From Phoronis australis (Eukaryota > Animalia > Phoronida): a stretch of DNA of 64,000 nucleotides. This document shows, piece after piece, positions 1 through 10,290 of this stretch; the first letter of the stretch is position 1, and every line of letters starts with the position of its first letter. The stretch spans positions 8,291-72,290 of the forward strand of contig NMRA01000987.1 in NCBI GenBank assembly GCA_002633005.1, read 5' to 3'. A model generated the notes under the pieces. That model saw nothing but the letters and a program-made list of their open reading frames with translations. It searched no databases and was not told the DNA's origin. A program made the translations under genes and the position numbers.

Positions 1-222
1 ACGTACGTCACACGTACTGCCGTGAATCTGTAATGCGAACGCAGCTTGCACGCAGAGAAAGTTCTGCATGCACTAAAAGTGCTACGTCGTGTCTGCGTTC
101 TCCTGCGTATTCACCAAAACGCACGGAGGCCGTACTTGCCACGTACGGATCGCCAAATTTCCCCCACGTTTTTACACGTAGACAGCACGCACTTGCACGT
201 ACGGCGGGTTGTGACCAAGGCT
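1..222. mobile_element. Right end of a PIF/Harbinger-like non-autonomous element, truncated by the window start
   Basis: ACGT/CGTAC-rich internally repetitive tract ending in GTTGTGACCAAGGCT followed by TTA, a Harbinger-type terminus and TWA target. The partner end is outside the window. Confidence 0.4.
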
Positions 223-339
223 TTATTAGCGCTTAAGTTCAAGTACCTTAACGCGATCATTTTGGCTGTCGTCCACTTTCCAAGGTTGTTATTCTCTATT
301 CCAAGTTGCATGATGTTGCTGGGAAACGTGGTATGACTA

Positions 340-2260
340 ATATGCACTATCCTGTTTCCTATCAGAAAGAGATCTTTAAGATCGCCATTATGCACCATTT
401 TATTTTTGCTTATAATTTTGTTACTAAGCACTGCAGCCAGATTTTGACGTTTTACCCATGTTTTCATGGTCAACGAGTTTTATAGTGCAATTTTTTTGTT
501 GAATACATTGTCAATTTGCATAATTTATTCAAATTAAGGCCGCCATTATTCAAAATTTTACTTGTTCTAATAGCTATGGTACCAATCATCACAGGTGAAT
601 TCTCATGATATTTGCACCTATGTTTCTATGGTCAGTTTAATGAAATCAGTTTGCATGTTGTTGCATGAAAAACTTGCATAATTAATGCAATTTAAGGCCA
701 CCGTTATTCAAAATTTTATTAAAGCTACGTTTACCAAGCACTGCAGACAGGTTATTTTAATGTTTTCACCTATGCTTCCATGGTCAGTGAATTTCATGGA
801 CCTCGTTTGTTGGTGGATACGTCGTGAATTTGCATAATATGTGCAAATTAGTATCGCCATTATTCTACTTTTGCTTATGAAAAAAGCACTGTACAAGCAA
901 TGTTATCAGACTTCGAGAAAGGCTATCAGTACGTTAGGCACACAAGTAGGCAATCACTGATGAAGATTCTTGTCCCTTAATATAGTACAAGGACATTGGA
1001 GACATCCTACGACGAAGCTAGCTCCATTATTGTGCAACAGGACGTGAAATGTGCATGTGAAGATAACAAATTTTAGGTTTTTTCGGACGACAAAAATGTA
1101 TTTGTCTTGTCGTGTGCATTAGACAAGGAACAGCTTCAAATACCACAACCATGAGATCACCTAGTAAATGCAGTACAAAGAGTCGTAGACATACAGCTGT
1201 AAAGGTAACAGTGGAAACATGTAGCGATATTGTGAAGGTCTCCTCTCTGCCCTTGGGCTGTAGTGGTGTAAAACGGTAGCATACTATACTGTCTACTATG
1301 GAGTTGGAAAGGGATCCATCGTTAAAATATTGAAGGCTGAAAATGACCTGTCTGCCATCGGCACTTTTAATGCACATTTTTCTGATGTCAGGCCACTAAA
1401 TTTATGTGTGTCTGTTACGGAAGAGAATCAGAAAGACTACTGGTATGGGCAAGAGAAATGGCAAGAAATGTATGTCCGCCCCCAAACTGTCACCGACAAC
1501 AGAATCATTCACAGAGATTGTAAAGGTAAACAGAGCCCATTAACAGTCGGTCATGTGTTGGAATGTCACCAACACTAGATCCAGAGGACTATGGAATTGG
1601 ATGGAAGAAAGATGCCATAAACAAATCACTCTCACCATCAACAATTAAGCATGGTGTCCAACTCGCTCCTATATATTGTATACTGGTGATGATTTGATGT
1701 GACTGTAAAGGTAGTATTCCTCGATTCCACGAAATTCAAGTAGATATAGTTGCAACCCCAATTTTCTATCCCCCTCCCACAATATTTTCCTAACGTTATA
1801 CTGTAGTGTGCTCGCGTTCCGCGTGAATTAGCATTTGAAACGTCTTGAGACTGGTTTCCAATCGATAGGTTATTGTTCTGGGTTTATACAATTAAACAAT
1901 TTGATCATCGACATATGTCCTGGGAATCAGAGAAAACTTGAATTTGTAATGTAATGTGTAATAAGTTACAGGCTATTTATATTGATGATGTAATGACGGA
2001 TTATATTACATTCATCAGTAAAAGTACCACAATAATCTACATGTNGCTACGAGCAGAAACAGAACTTTTAATAATGGCCGCGTTTATTTGCATAAATTAT
2101 GCAAATTTATCGTGCAACTTGCAAACTGATCACATTAATAAGCTAATTGACCATGGGAATGTAGGTTCAATTATTATGAGAGTTTACCTGTGGTGCTTGG
2201 TACCGCAGCTATAAGCAAAAGCAGAATTTTGAATAATGGCGCCCTTAATTTGCATTAGTT
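340..2260 (+). mobile_element. Decayed Academ(X)-like DNA transposon derivative with inverted arrays of ~157-bp subterminal repeats
   Basis: A degenerate ~157-bp unit (TTGCATAAT..CAAATTAAGGCCGCCATTATTCAAAATT) lies at ~516, 674 and 830, with reverse-complement copies at ~2070-2260. A disrupted coding remnant lies between the arrays. Boundaries are approximate. Confidence 0.5.
996..1710 (+). pseudogene. Frameshifted remnant of an XPG-nuclease/Cys-rich transposon protein (Academ-like)
   Basis: Fragments in shifting frames: LETSYDEASSIIVQQ (cf. THEEAD), SDDKNVFVL (cf. SDDTDVFVL), LSPTTESFTEIVK..RAH*Q, LDPEDYG..WKKD..LAP..CDCK. Multiple stops and frameshifts. Confidence 0.5.
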
Positions 2261-2980
2261 TCTTGTTTGTCTTAACACACGCTACATGCACCAGTATCGT
2301 TATTTTGTTCTTTGTAACGAAATTAGTTTATTTCCATGTAAAGTTCTAAACTGCACTCATGATTCAATCTAATGCGAGCTCTACACAACATATTTCAAAC
2401 TTACACAATAGATGTTATCATGTTGGCTCATTTTTATCTATCAGATAGCAACTTTGTCTGCAATTTTGGATAGATAGTCGTAGTACTTTGCTGATTACAT
2501 TTTTCGTAAATGCGATTACATCATGAGTTTTTACTTCGAAGAATATAGTTGTACCAAACGGCTCAAAAGCTCCAATTGATAAATAAATATTTATATTTCA
2601 TAATTTCTTCATAGCATCTATGGGGCCGCAGGGCCGTAGGAAGCGGGGGGGCAGGGGGGGCCCGTGCCCCCCAAAAATTTTCAGCGTAGAAGCTTCTGCA
2701 ACATTGTATTTTGATTTTGAAGTACAGTTTTCTCAGACTTATAACGAAATTGAAGAATCTGACTTAGTTATCAGAAAAACACCATAAAAACGTGTGGATC
2801 AGGCAGCTTTTATTTCGCCAAAGAATCGTTTCCCAAGACTGCAGAACAAGACTTCCAAGTTGATGTTTGGCGTCGTCGGCAAAGTGAAGACCTCACGTGT
2901 GTCCGGTAGTGTTACATTATATCTAGCAGTAGCGCGTGCAGTTCTAAGCTTGAACTTTGGTGTTCAGTGCATTATTCGAG

Positions 2981-5900
2981 ATGTCGACCACAATGGAGGT
3001 AATTGAGTTTTCTAACGTTGTGGAGTTGTTTTTACTATTCATTGTGATTGTCGCATGCACGTTATAGCAGGAAACTGGAGTAAATTTCGATCAGTGGTCA
3101 CAAATTCTGTATTTTACAGGGCCTTGGAGAACTCGTGGCGTCGATTGGATACGACTCGCAGAAAGCTGGAAGTCTATACGACACATACAGTAACCTTGTA
3201 ACACAAGCTGTTGAATCCCCTCTTTCTACATCTAGTTTGTTGGAAAATGCTCTGATCGACGAGTTCGCAAAATGCATAATTCCCGAATCTCACCAGTCAA
3301 CACACGAACCCATTCGCACATCTGGGGACGGCAACTGTTTATTTCGAGCCGCTTCTCTTTGCATAACTGGTATAACTTTATATTTTTCGTAATAGATTTT
3401 TGACTTTTACTTTAGTCGATATTACATGGGCGGCGCAGCATTTAGTGGGGAGCTATATTCCCTCAGCCCCCTATCAGGTGCGCCGCCTACGCCCGCGGAC
3501 GGTGCACCACTGAATTAAGGGGGGTGATAGCCTCTCAGCCCCCTATAGTGCGCCGCCCATGTATTAAGAATCGATTTTGGCTCATAGTGTTTGTTTTCTG
3601 ATCGTGTTTTTGCTGAATGTAAACGACAAATCACACGGTCTGTCTAGAAATGTAATGAATTACCCGTTGCTAAAATAGAAGTCATTGGCTATTATGGTAG
3701 AAAATGCCTGGGTTTTGAGGTATCGGCTAATTCAAACGTGTACCCTGTTTTAAATGGTGATGAATAGAGATATATCTTAACTTGTGTGACAATAACTTGT
3801 ATAATGACGAAAAACTTATAGTATTAACGCTCATTCTCTAAAATTAAAGAGTTTAAATATTTTCAATGAAATTTCCAAAGAACTGGGAGTGAAAAATTGA
3901 AAAAAGGGGTCAACGACCCACAGTTTATCTATAGTGCAGACTACTTTCTCCAACTGTGGTATTCATGCATAAAGTGCATGCATTTAACATTAACTACGTT
4001 CACTCAACTCCTATGCTGGAAGACCGTAGATTTGATCGTTTGCACAGGAAGCAGTTATTGATTTGACCACGGTGATAATACACGTGCACCTTTTGCATTT
4101 TGGTCTCAAATTTTGTTTGTTCACCATATTTCCGGATAGCATTCAACAGTGGCTGTAGTACAATGACAAAATAGAATTTGTGAACTACTTTAGTAAGTCC
4201 CATAGTGTCGCATTATAACGGGGAAATCAGAAACGTATTTCACTTTCTTATGAAACGCGAGTAGTAGCTCAGTGAAACATAAGAATATGAAACACAGAAT
4301 TCCTTCTTTCATACCCAAAAAGTAAAAGAAATACATGTACGTTAAAAAATATGTTATAGGCTTTGCTGTACTACTAAATGTCAAATGAACCAAAGTTCAA
4401 TTTGGAGAAGCAAAATGACGCCCATTAGCGGAGTGCGTGTTTAACAGAAACTACGAAGTAAATAGCCTATGCAAATTATCACAACAGCCTAAAAATACAA
4501 AATTAGTTTTTACATTAACACATCGCGCCTTACTAAGGTTATGTAGCACCTTCTCGTCATGCCTGTATATTTAGCCAAATACATATATACTAAATTGTAT
4601 ACAACTTAGCCCAGCAAAAGTATATTTTTGGAAAGTAGTAATTCCGTAGAATTTGATTTTTGATTTCATACCAGTCCGCAACTAAATAGGTTGCTTGACA
4701 TTAACTTATAGGAAAATTTAGCAAATTAATAAGGTACATTCTGTTAATCAAACAAAACAACGGCGTCAATAGCATGCGCAAATTTCGTGTAGTATAATTG
4801 TTTAAGATAAAATCTCAAAAACGCTGTTACAATTTTCTAAAATATCGTTTCGTTTTCGTTTTATGCAACTTTAAAACGTTTTCATAAAAATCTGAAGCAC
4901 TATTTTGATTAGCCCTCATGCAAAAGTCGAACATTTTAAGAAAAATTCCTAACAGCGTGTTCGAGAACAGTGTATCGGAATTTGAAAGTTCGATGCAAAT
5001 TCAATACATTTTTGAATTTGGAAAAAAATGGAACTCTTATTAGGTTCTACATAACTTTAAAAGCACAAAATGCAAAACTTAGATTATAAAAAATTGCGAC
5101 AAGTTTCCGGTTTCCTAGCAGAAAACTAACCTGAAATTGTGCAAATAGTAATGTTAGGTTCGCGACGGCGGTTACATGTATGTGGCTTGTCCCTTTGAAA
5201 CAACTATCATCCCGTACTTTGTTCTGTGTATGAGCGCATTTTGGGCATTTGCCATGAAGTTGGGGACGTGAAATGGGAAAAAATCCATTGGCATTCACTA
5301 AAAGTGCCATTTCGGAAAGTCGAAATTATGTCTATAAACTCATTCCTGGAATAAGGCCCATTTACGAATTTCTTGTCATTACACAGAATTTCAAAACCTA
5401 TCTAAAGTATCGCATGGCCTTATTTTATAAAGGCAAGTAATCTCTTGATACAACCTTGCAGTTGCTTAATTTCTGTTTATAGGTGACGAATCCCTCCACG
5501 TGACATTAAGGCTGCTGACTGCAGCCGAGCTCTTCATTCACTCTGACTTTTATGCAAGGCACCCACACGTTATTGCTGCTACTCAGAAAGAAAACTCTAT
5601 ATCTTCGGATTTTCAAACATTATTCACTGTGGTAATGTCTCAGGAGGACGGTCTTGGAGACACTGTAAACGATGATAATGAAGCAGCCATTGTAAGAGAG
5701 GCAAAGCATCTGTGCCACGATGGGAATTGGAGTGGTCTCATGGCTGTCATGGGTCTGTCGTCTGTATTGAAAATGCCAGTAACAAGTGTATATCCCGACG
5801 TAGGAAAAAGTGTTCATTCCCTTCATGGGGAGATCTTACCACGTGTATTAGGAAATGCTTCATGCAACAAATATGCGATTTTCTTGTGGTCTAGAGATGG

Positions 5901-8586
5901 AAATCTTGACAACCGACCCGGCGCGATTTTTGAACCAAATCATGTCGTAGCAGTTAGAATAAAAAACACACGCCCTGTACCTGAGTGTCAAATGAATAAA
6001 AAAAGATTTTGCGACGATTCCCAGGAATGTTCAAGAGCAAAGAAGCAGCACGCTTCCAGTCACCAAAGAAAAATAGGTGCCTTCTTTAAGGTAAAATCCC
6101 TACCTGTAACCAGTAACTCACTCACGCTCGAAACTCACTTAATAGGCGGCGCATCACGCACTAAACCTGGAGGTGCTTCAGCTTGGAATATAAAAAGTAA
6201 CTCTGAAACGTCAAACACAGAACTATCGGACGTCCTGGAGTCCCACAGTAGCTGTCCTACGCAGTTAGCAAACAGCACTTCTGAAGAAGCCACATTGCAC
6301 ACAGAGCCACTTGTGGTGAACGCTGGGACTCACAAATCTGGTACTACGAATTTAGAACCATCGAGCCAGTCACAGGAGCTTTATTGTAGCTCTTCAGCAC
6401 CAAGTGAAAACTCCCACACTCACCAAAACAGTTCTTCTCAGTCGGCTCACACCATGCAAGAAAAACGTGGTTTACACGACATTCCCGAGCATCCACACCA
6501 ACCTTCAAATCACGTCTTTCCAAAACGACCTTTTGGCAAGAAAAATCGTCAATTTCAAAAACAGTGGTTTATCTCATGGCCGTGGCTGCATTATATTGAG
6601 GGGGAAGATAAGGTGTTGTGTCACATATGTGCAAAAGCTTACCACATGGGTCTGCTGTCTTCAGCAAAACAAGAGCTATCATTTGTTGTTACCGGTTATA
6701 CCAACTGGAAAAAGGCTACTGACAAGACGTCTGGCTTTACGAAGCATGAGAAATCTGAGTGCCATAAAGAAGCAATGGAACGCACACTGATAGTGAAGTT
6801 GTCTGTCAAAGATGTTGCGGAACAACTGTCAACAGCCCACGGAGAGCAAAAAGCGAAAAACCGCAGAATGTTCCTGAAAATATTAACAAACATACGTTTT
6901 TTGGCAAGACAAGGTATACCGTTTAGGGGTGACGGAGATGAACAAGATTCCAATTTTATTCAACTACTCCATCTAAAAGAAACAGAGACAGATATTTTGA
7001 AATCATGGTTGTCGCAGAAAACAAATAAATATACGTCTCCAGATATTCAAAATGAAGCGATCAAACTGATGGCTTTAAAAGTTCTCCGAGAAATAGCGTC
7101 GTGCATTCGCGGCAGTCCTTATTTTAGTATACTGGCAGACGAAACTACTGACGTGTCTAATAGCGAACAACTCGTCGTTTGTATCCGATGGGTAGACGAA
7201 TCATTACAACCCCATGAAGATTTCATCGGATTTCGCCGCTTGGAATTGATGGATGCCCAAACAATTACGTCACTTCTAAAAGACACACTGTTGCGGATGA
7301 ACTTGTCTTTAAGCAGATGTCGTGGTCAATGCTATGATGGTTGCAGCACAATGAGTGGGTCCAAAAATGGAGTCGTTGTCAACATTAAACAGGAAGAACA
7401 TCGCGCCCTGTACACACATTGTTATGGCCACGCGTTGAATCTTGCCTGCTCAGATAGTATCAAACGATGCAAGCTGATGGCAGATGCTTTAGACACCACG
7501 TACGAAATTACCAAACTGATAAAAAAATCTCCCAAACGTGACGCACAGTTGAATAAAATACGAGATGCGTTGCTTGACGACAGAGAAGTGGGTAATATTC
7601 GGCAACTGTGTCCAACGAGATGGACCGTGAAGGCTGACGCTCTGAATCGTGTGATAGGTAACTATGATTGTTTACAGGAACTCTGGTCCTGGGGAGTCCA
7701 AAATTGCAATGATTCAGAAATGAAAGCGCGGATACGTGGAATTCAGTCTCACATGACACAGTTTAGTTTCTTTTACGGTTTAGTACTTTCAGAGCGCCTG
7801 TTGGTGCATGCTGACAATCTGAGTACAACTTTACAAAGCGTTCAGATGTCCGCGGCTGAGGCTCAAAAGATTGCCAAAATGACCCTTACTACATTAGAAC
7901 GGATGAGAAACGACAGAGAATTTAAAAACTTCTGGGATGAAGTCCTAGCTTGTGCAAAGGATCATCACGTCAAAGATCCTGGTCTCCCTAGACGCAATAG
8001 AAAACCCGCTAGATACGAAACAGGAAATGCGCCTCCGGAGTTTTCTTCGAGTCCAGAAGATTATTATAGAAGAATTTATTTTGAAGCTCTTGACAATATC
8101 ATTGCATCAATACGGGACAGGTTTGATCAAGAAGATTACAAAATTTATATGCAGTGTGAGGAGCTGATACTCAAGGCGGCAAAAGGGGAAAACTTTGAAA
8201 ATGAATACCAAGATGTTATCAGTTTTTATGAAGATGATTTTGATTCAACACTGCGCTGTCACCTGGCTACGTTTGGGGCCAATTATGCACAGGATGGTAG
8301 TCAAGAGGTAACATTGTCTCGTGTTGTGGATCATTTGCAGAAATTATCAGCCGGTCAAAAACACTTGATCGAAAATGTAATTAAACTAGCAAACTTGCTG
8401 TTAGTGATGCCTGCAACAAATGCCAGTAGCGAACGAGCATTTAGTGCTCTTAGGCGTGTTAAGTCATATTTACGTTCCACAATGGGACAGGGGAGGTTGA
8501 ACCATTTAATGTTGCTACATGTTCACAAAGACATGTGCGATAAGCTAAATTTGGTGGATGTGGCAAACGATTTTGTGAGGAAGTGA
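2981..8586 (+). CDS. hAT (ZMYM1-like/DUF4371) transposase with an N-terminal OTU/vertnin-like protease domain; exons 2981-2998, 3120-3369, 5483-8586 (~1123 aa)
   Basis: GT-AG introns join in frame (MSTTME|GLGELVAS...SLCITG|DESLHVTLRLL). OTU motifs GDGNCLFRAAS and EPNHVV. TTF zinc finger WPWLHY..CHIC..NWK..KHEKSECH. Catalytic D (ILADETTD), D (CYDG), CxxH (CYGH), PTRW and E (SSERAFS), plus the C-terminal dimerisation domain. The short first exon is the least certain part. Confidence 0.88.
3425..3561. mobile_element. 137-bp MITE nested in intron 2 of the transposase gene
   Basis: Perfect 13-bp TIR CATGGGCGGCGCA / TGCGCCGCCCATG flanked by the direct repeat TATTA. Confidence 0.8.
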
Positions 8587-9077
8587 AATGCGAAAGGCAC
8601 AACTCGGGGTTTTTACCACGTTAGACTTACTGTAGCTGCAGCCCGAGTTCCTGTGTGCAGCAGGGCAACGTCCACTGATTTATGTTGAAGAGTAAATAAA
8701 AACATTTATAATTATTTCACACCTTCATTCTTACTGTTCAGCAAGAGTAATCGTACGAGCGGCATGTATGTTGCTCCAAAAATTTCCAGTCAATCTTAAC
8801 AAAAAATTAACTTTAAAAGTACAGCATCTGTTACACACCTTATTATTCTGACATATTTTTTCATATAATTCAAAACGTACCTAGTGGTTGCAGTAGTTCA
8901 TTTTACAGCGTTGATATATACACCCCAGTGCAACGCAGTGGTTTCGAAATTAGAAGTTACGTATCGACCAGGGTCGGTGCCCCCCCAATAATTTTTACCT
9001 TCCTGCGGGCCTGGACGGAGATCCTTATGTTGGTCTTCCGGTAGCAATCTATTGAATCTTTGAGGATAGTTCACTGT

Positions 9078-9636
9078 CTCGCTGGTTCCCTGCGTGCCGC
9101 AAGGTGGTCAGTAGTCAACACGCAGGTATCACTTAATTTTCCTCGGTAAATTTTTTTACACCGGCGTTTCTGATTGGCTAGTCGAATTCTCATCATACAG
9201 TGCTTTACGCAAACAAAGTAGCATGACTGATGGACTGAAGTGTAAATGTGGTCTGTTGCACAGACAAATCGGTGATTAAAACTTATGTTCAGGAAGTGTG
9301 AATCCTATAAATTGTGGTTGCGCCTTTTTGGAGTGCATATCTTTCTACTGTCGATGACTTTTGTTTACGATACTGTCCTGTATTCAAACACTATGAATAA
9401 CACAGCTGTTTAATCGGCCAGATATGTGTTTATTGTACATGTACGTGCTTCAAGCACTCGGCTATAAACATCACTGCAGAAACGAAAGAGTTGCTGCGAC
9501 GCCACTTGCATGGCAAGGTTAAAAATCGTTCACAGTCCGCAATTTTGTTTCACGGTGTTGTAAAGCTAACCAATGCCAAAACGCATGCCACTGAGTGATA
9601 CCTGCGTGCTGGCTAGGCACGGAGGGAACCAGCGAG
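9078..9636. mobile_element. ~560-bp inverted-repeat (MITE-like) element
   Basis: CTCGCTGGTTCCCTGCGTGCC pairs with GGCACGGAGGGAACCAGCGAG (20/21). An inner pair CACGCAGGTATCACT / AGTGATACCTGCGTG matches 15/15. Confidence 0.7.
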
Positions 9637-9995
9637 GTTCCCTGTTATAGTATAATGTAGTCATTTTTGTAAGTGCAAACCTGTCTGGTTCATTTCCTTT
9701 TTAACGTTAGGCTACCATTACAACCTAAAGGAATTAGCATCACAATTTAACTATTTGTCTAATCAAGTAGCAGATGAACCAATTACTGCAAGAATGGTTT
9801 CATTTTACACGTACTCTTCATTTGTGTTTTTCGCATTTTGGCAACTCTTCGTTTTTAAAATTGAAAAATATAAACCCGTATGCAAAATAATAATTGTTTA
9901 GGAATTGAAATTATTTGTCTTTTCCTTGTGCTTATAGCTTCCGCCAGCAAGAGCTCATAATGGGCTTTCTATGATGACTCTTAAACGGCAAAGTT

Positions 9996-10290
9996 CAGTG
10001 GCGGATTTAGTTGGGAGGGGGGTCAAGGGGACAATGCCCCCCCTAAAATTCTACCAGATACCATTTGGGAGTTCGGGTGCGCACAAGCAGGGAGTGAATA
10101 AACAACGCATAGGCCCTGAACAAACTGACAAACGCCGTTTACCGTTTTTTTTTAGTCAACAGATCCGCAACCCCAAACATTCGAGGCCCCTGCGTCCCCA
10201 CATTTTAGGCCGGGCGCGCGCATCTGTCGAAATTCTGGTTATTCCAGTGCCCTCAGTGCCCCCCCACTCAAAATCCTGGATCCGCCCCTG
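9996..10290. mobile_element. hAT-like MITE, 295 bp
   Basis: TIR CAGTGGCGGAT / ATCCGCCCCTG, G/C-run subterminal motif, and the direct repeat AAGTT on both sides. Confidence 0.8.

Larger units (their letters stand above)
2629..9013 (+). mobile_element. hAT-superfamily DNA transposon, ~6.4 kb, near-intact
   Basis: 15-bp imperfect TIRs CAGGGCCGTAGGAAG (2629) and CTTCCTGCGGGCCTG (8999-9013), 13/15 match. A GTGCCCCCC-AA.ATTTT subterminal motif lies near both ends. Encloses a transposase gene. No clean TSD (flanks TGGGGCCG / GACGGAGA). Confidence 0.85.

Noticed and set aside
5500-8586. Reading the 1028-aa ORF as a stand-alone ZMYM1 host gene starting at 5500
   Set aside because: The start is GTG just after a splice acceptor, there are no MYM zinc fingers, and it is enclosed by TIRs. 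It is exon 3 of a transposase gene.
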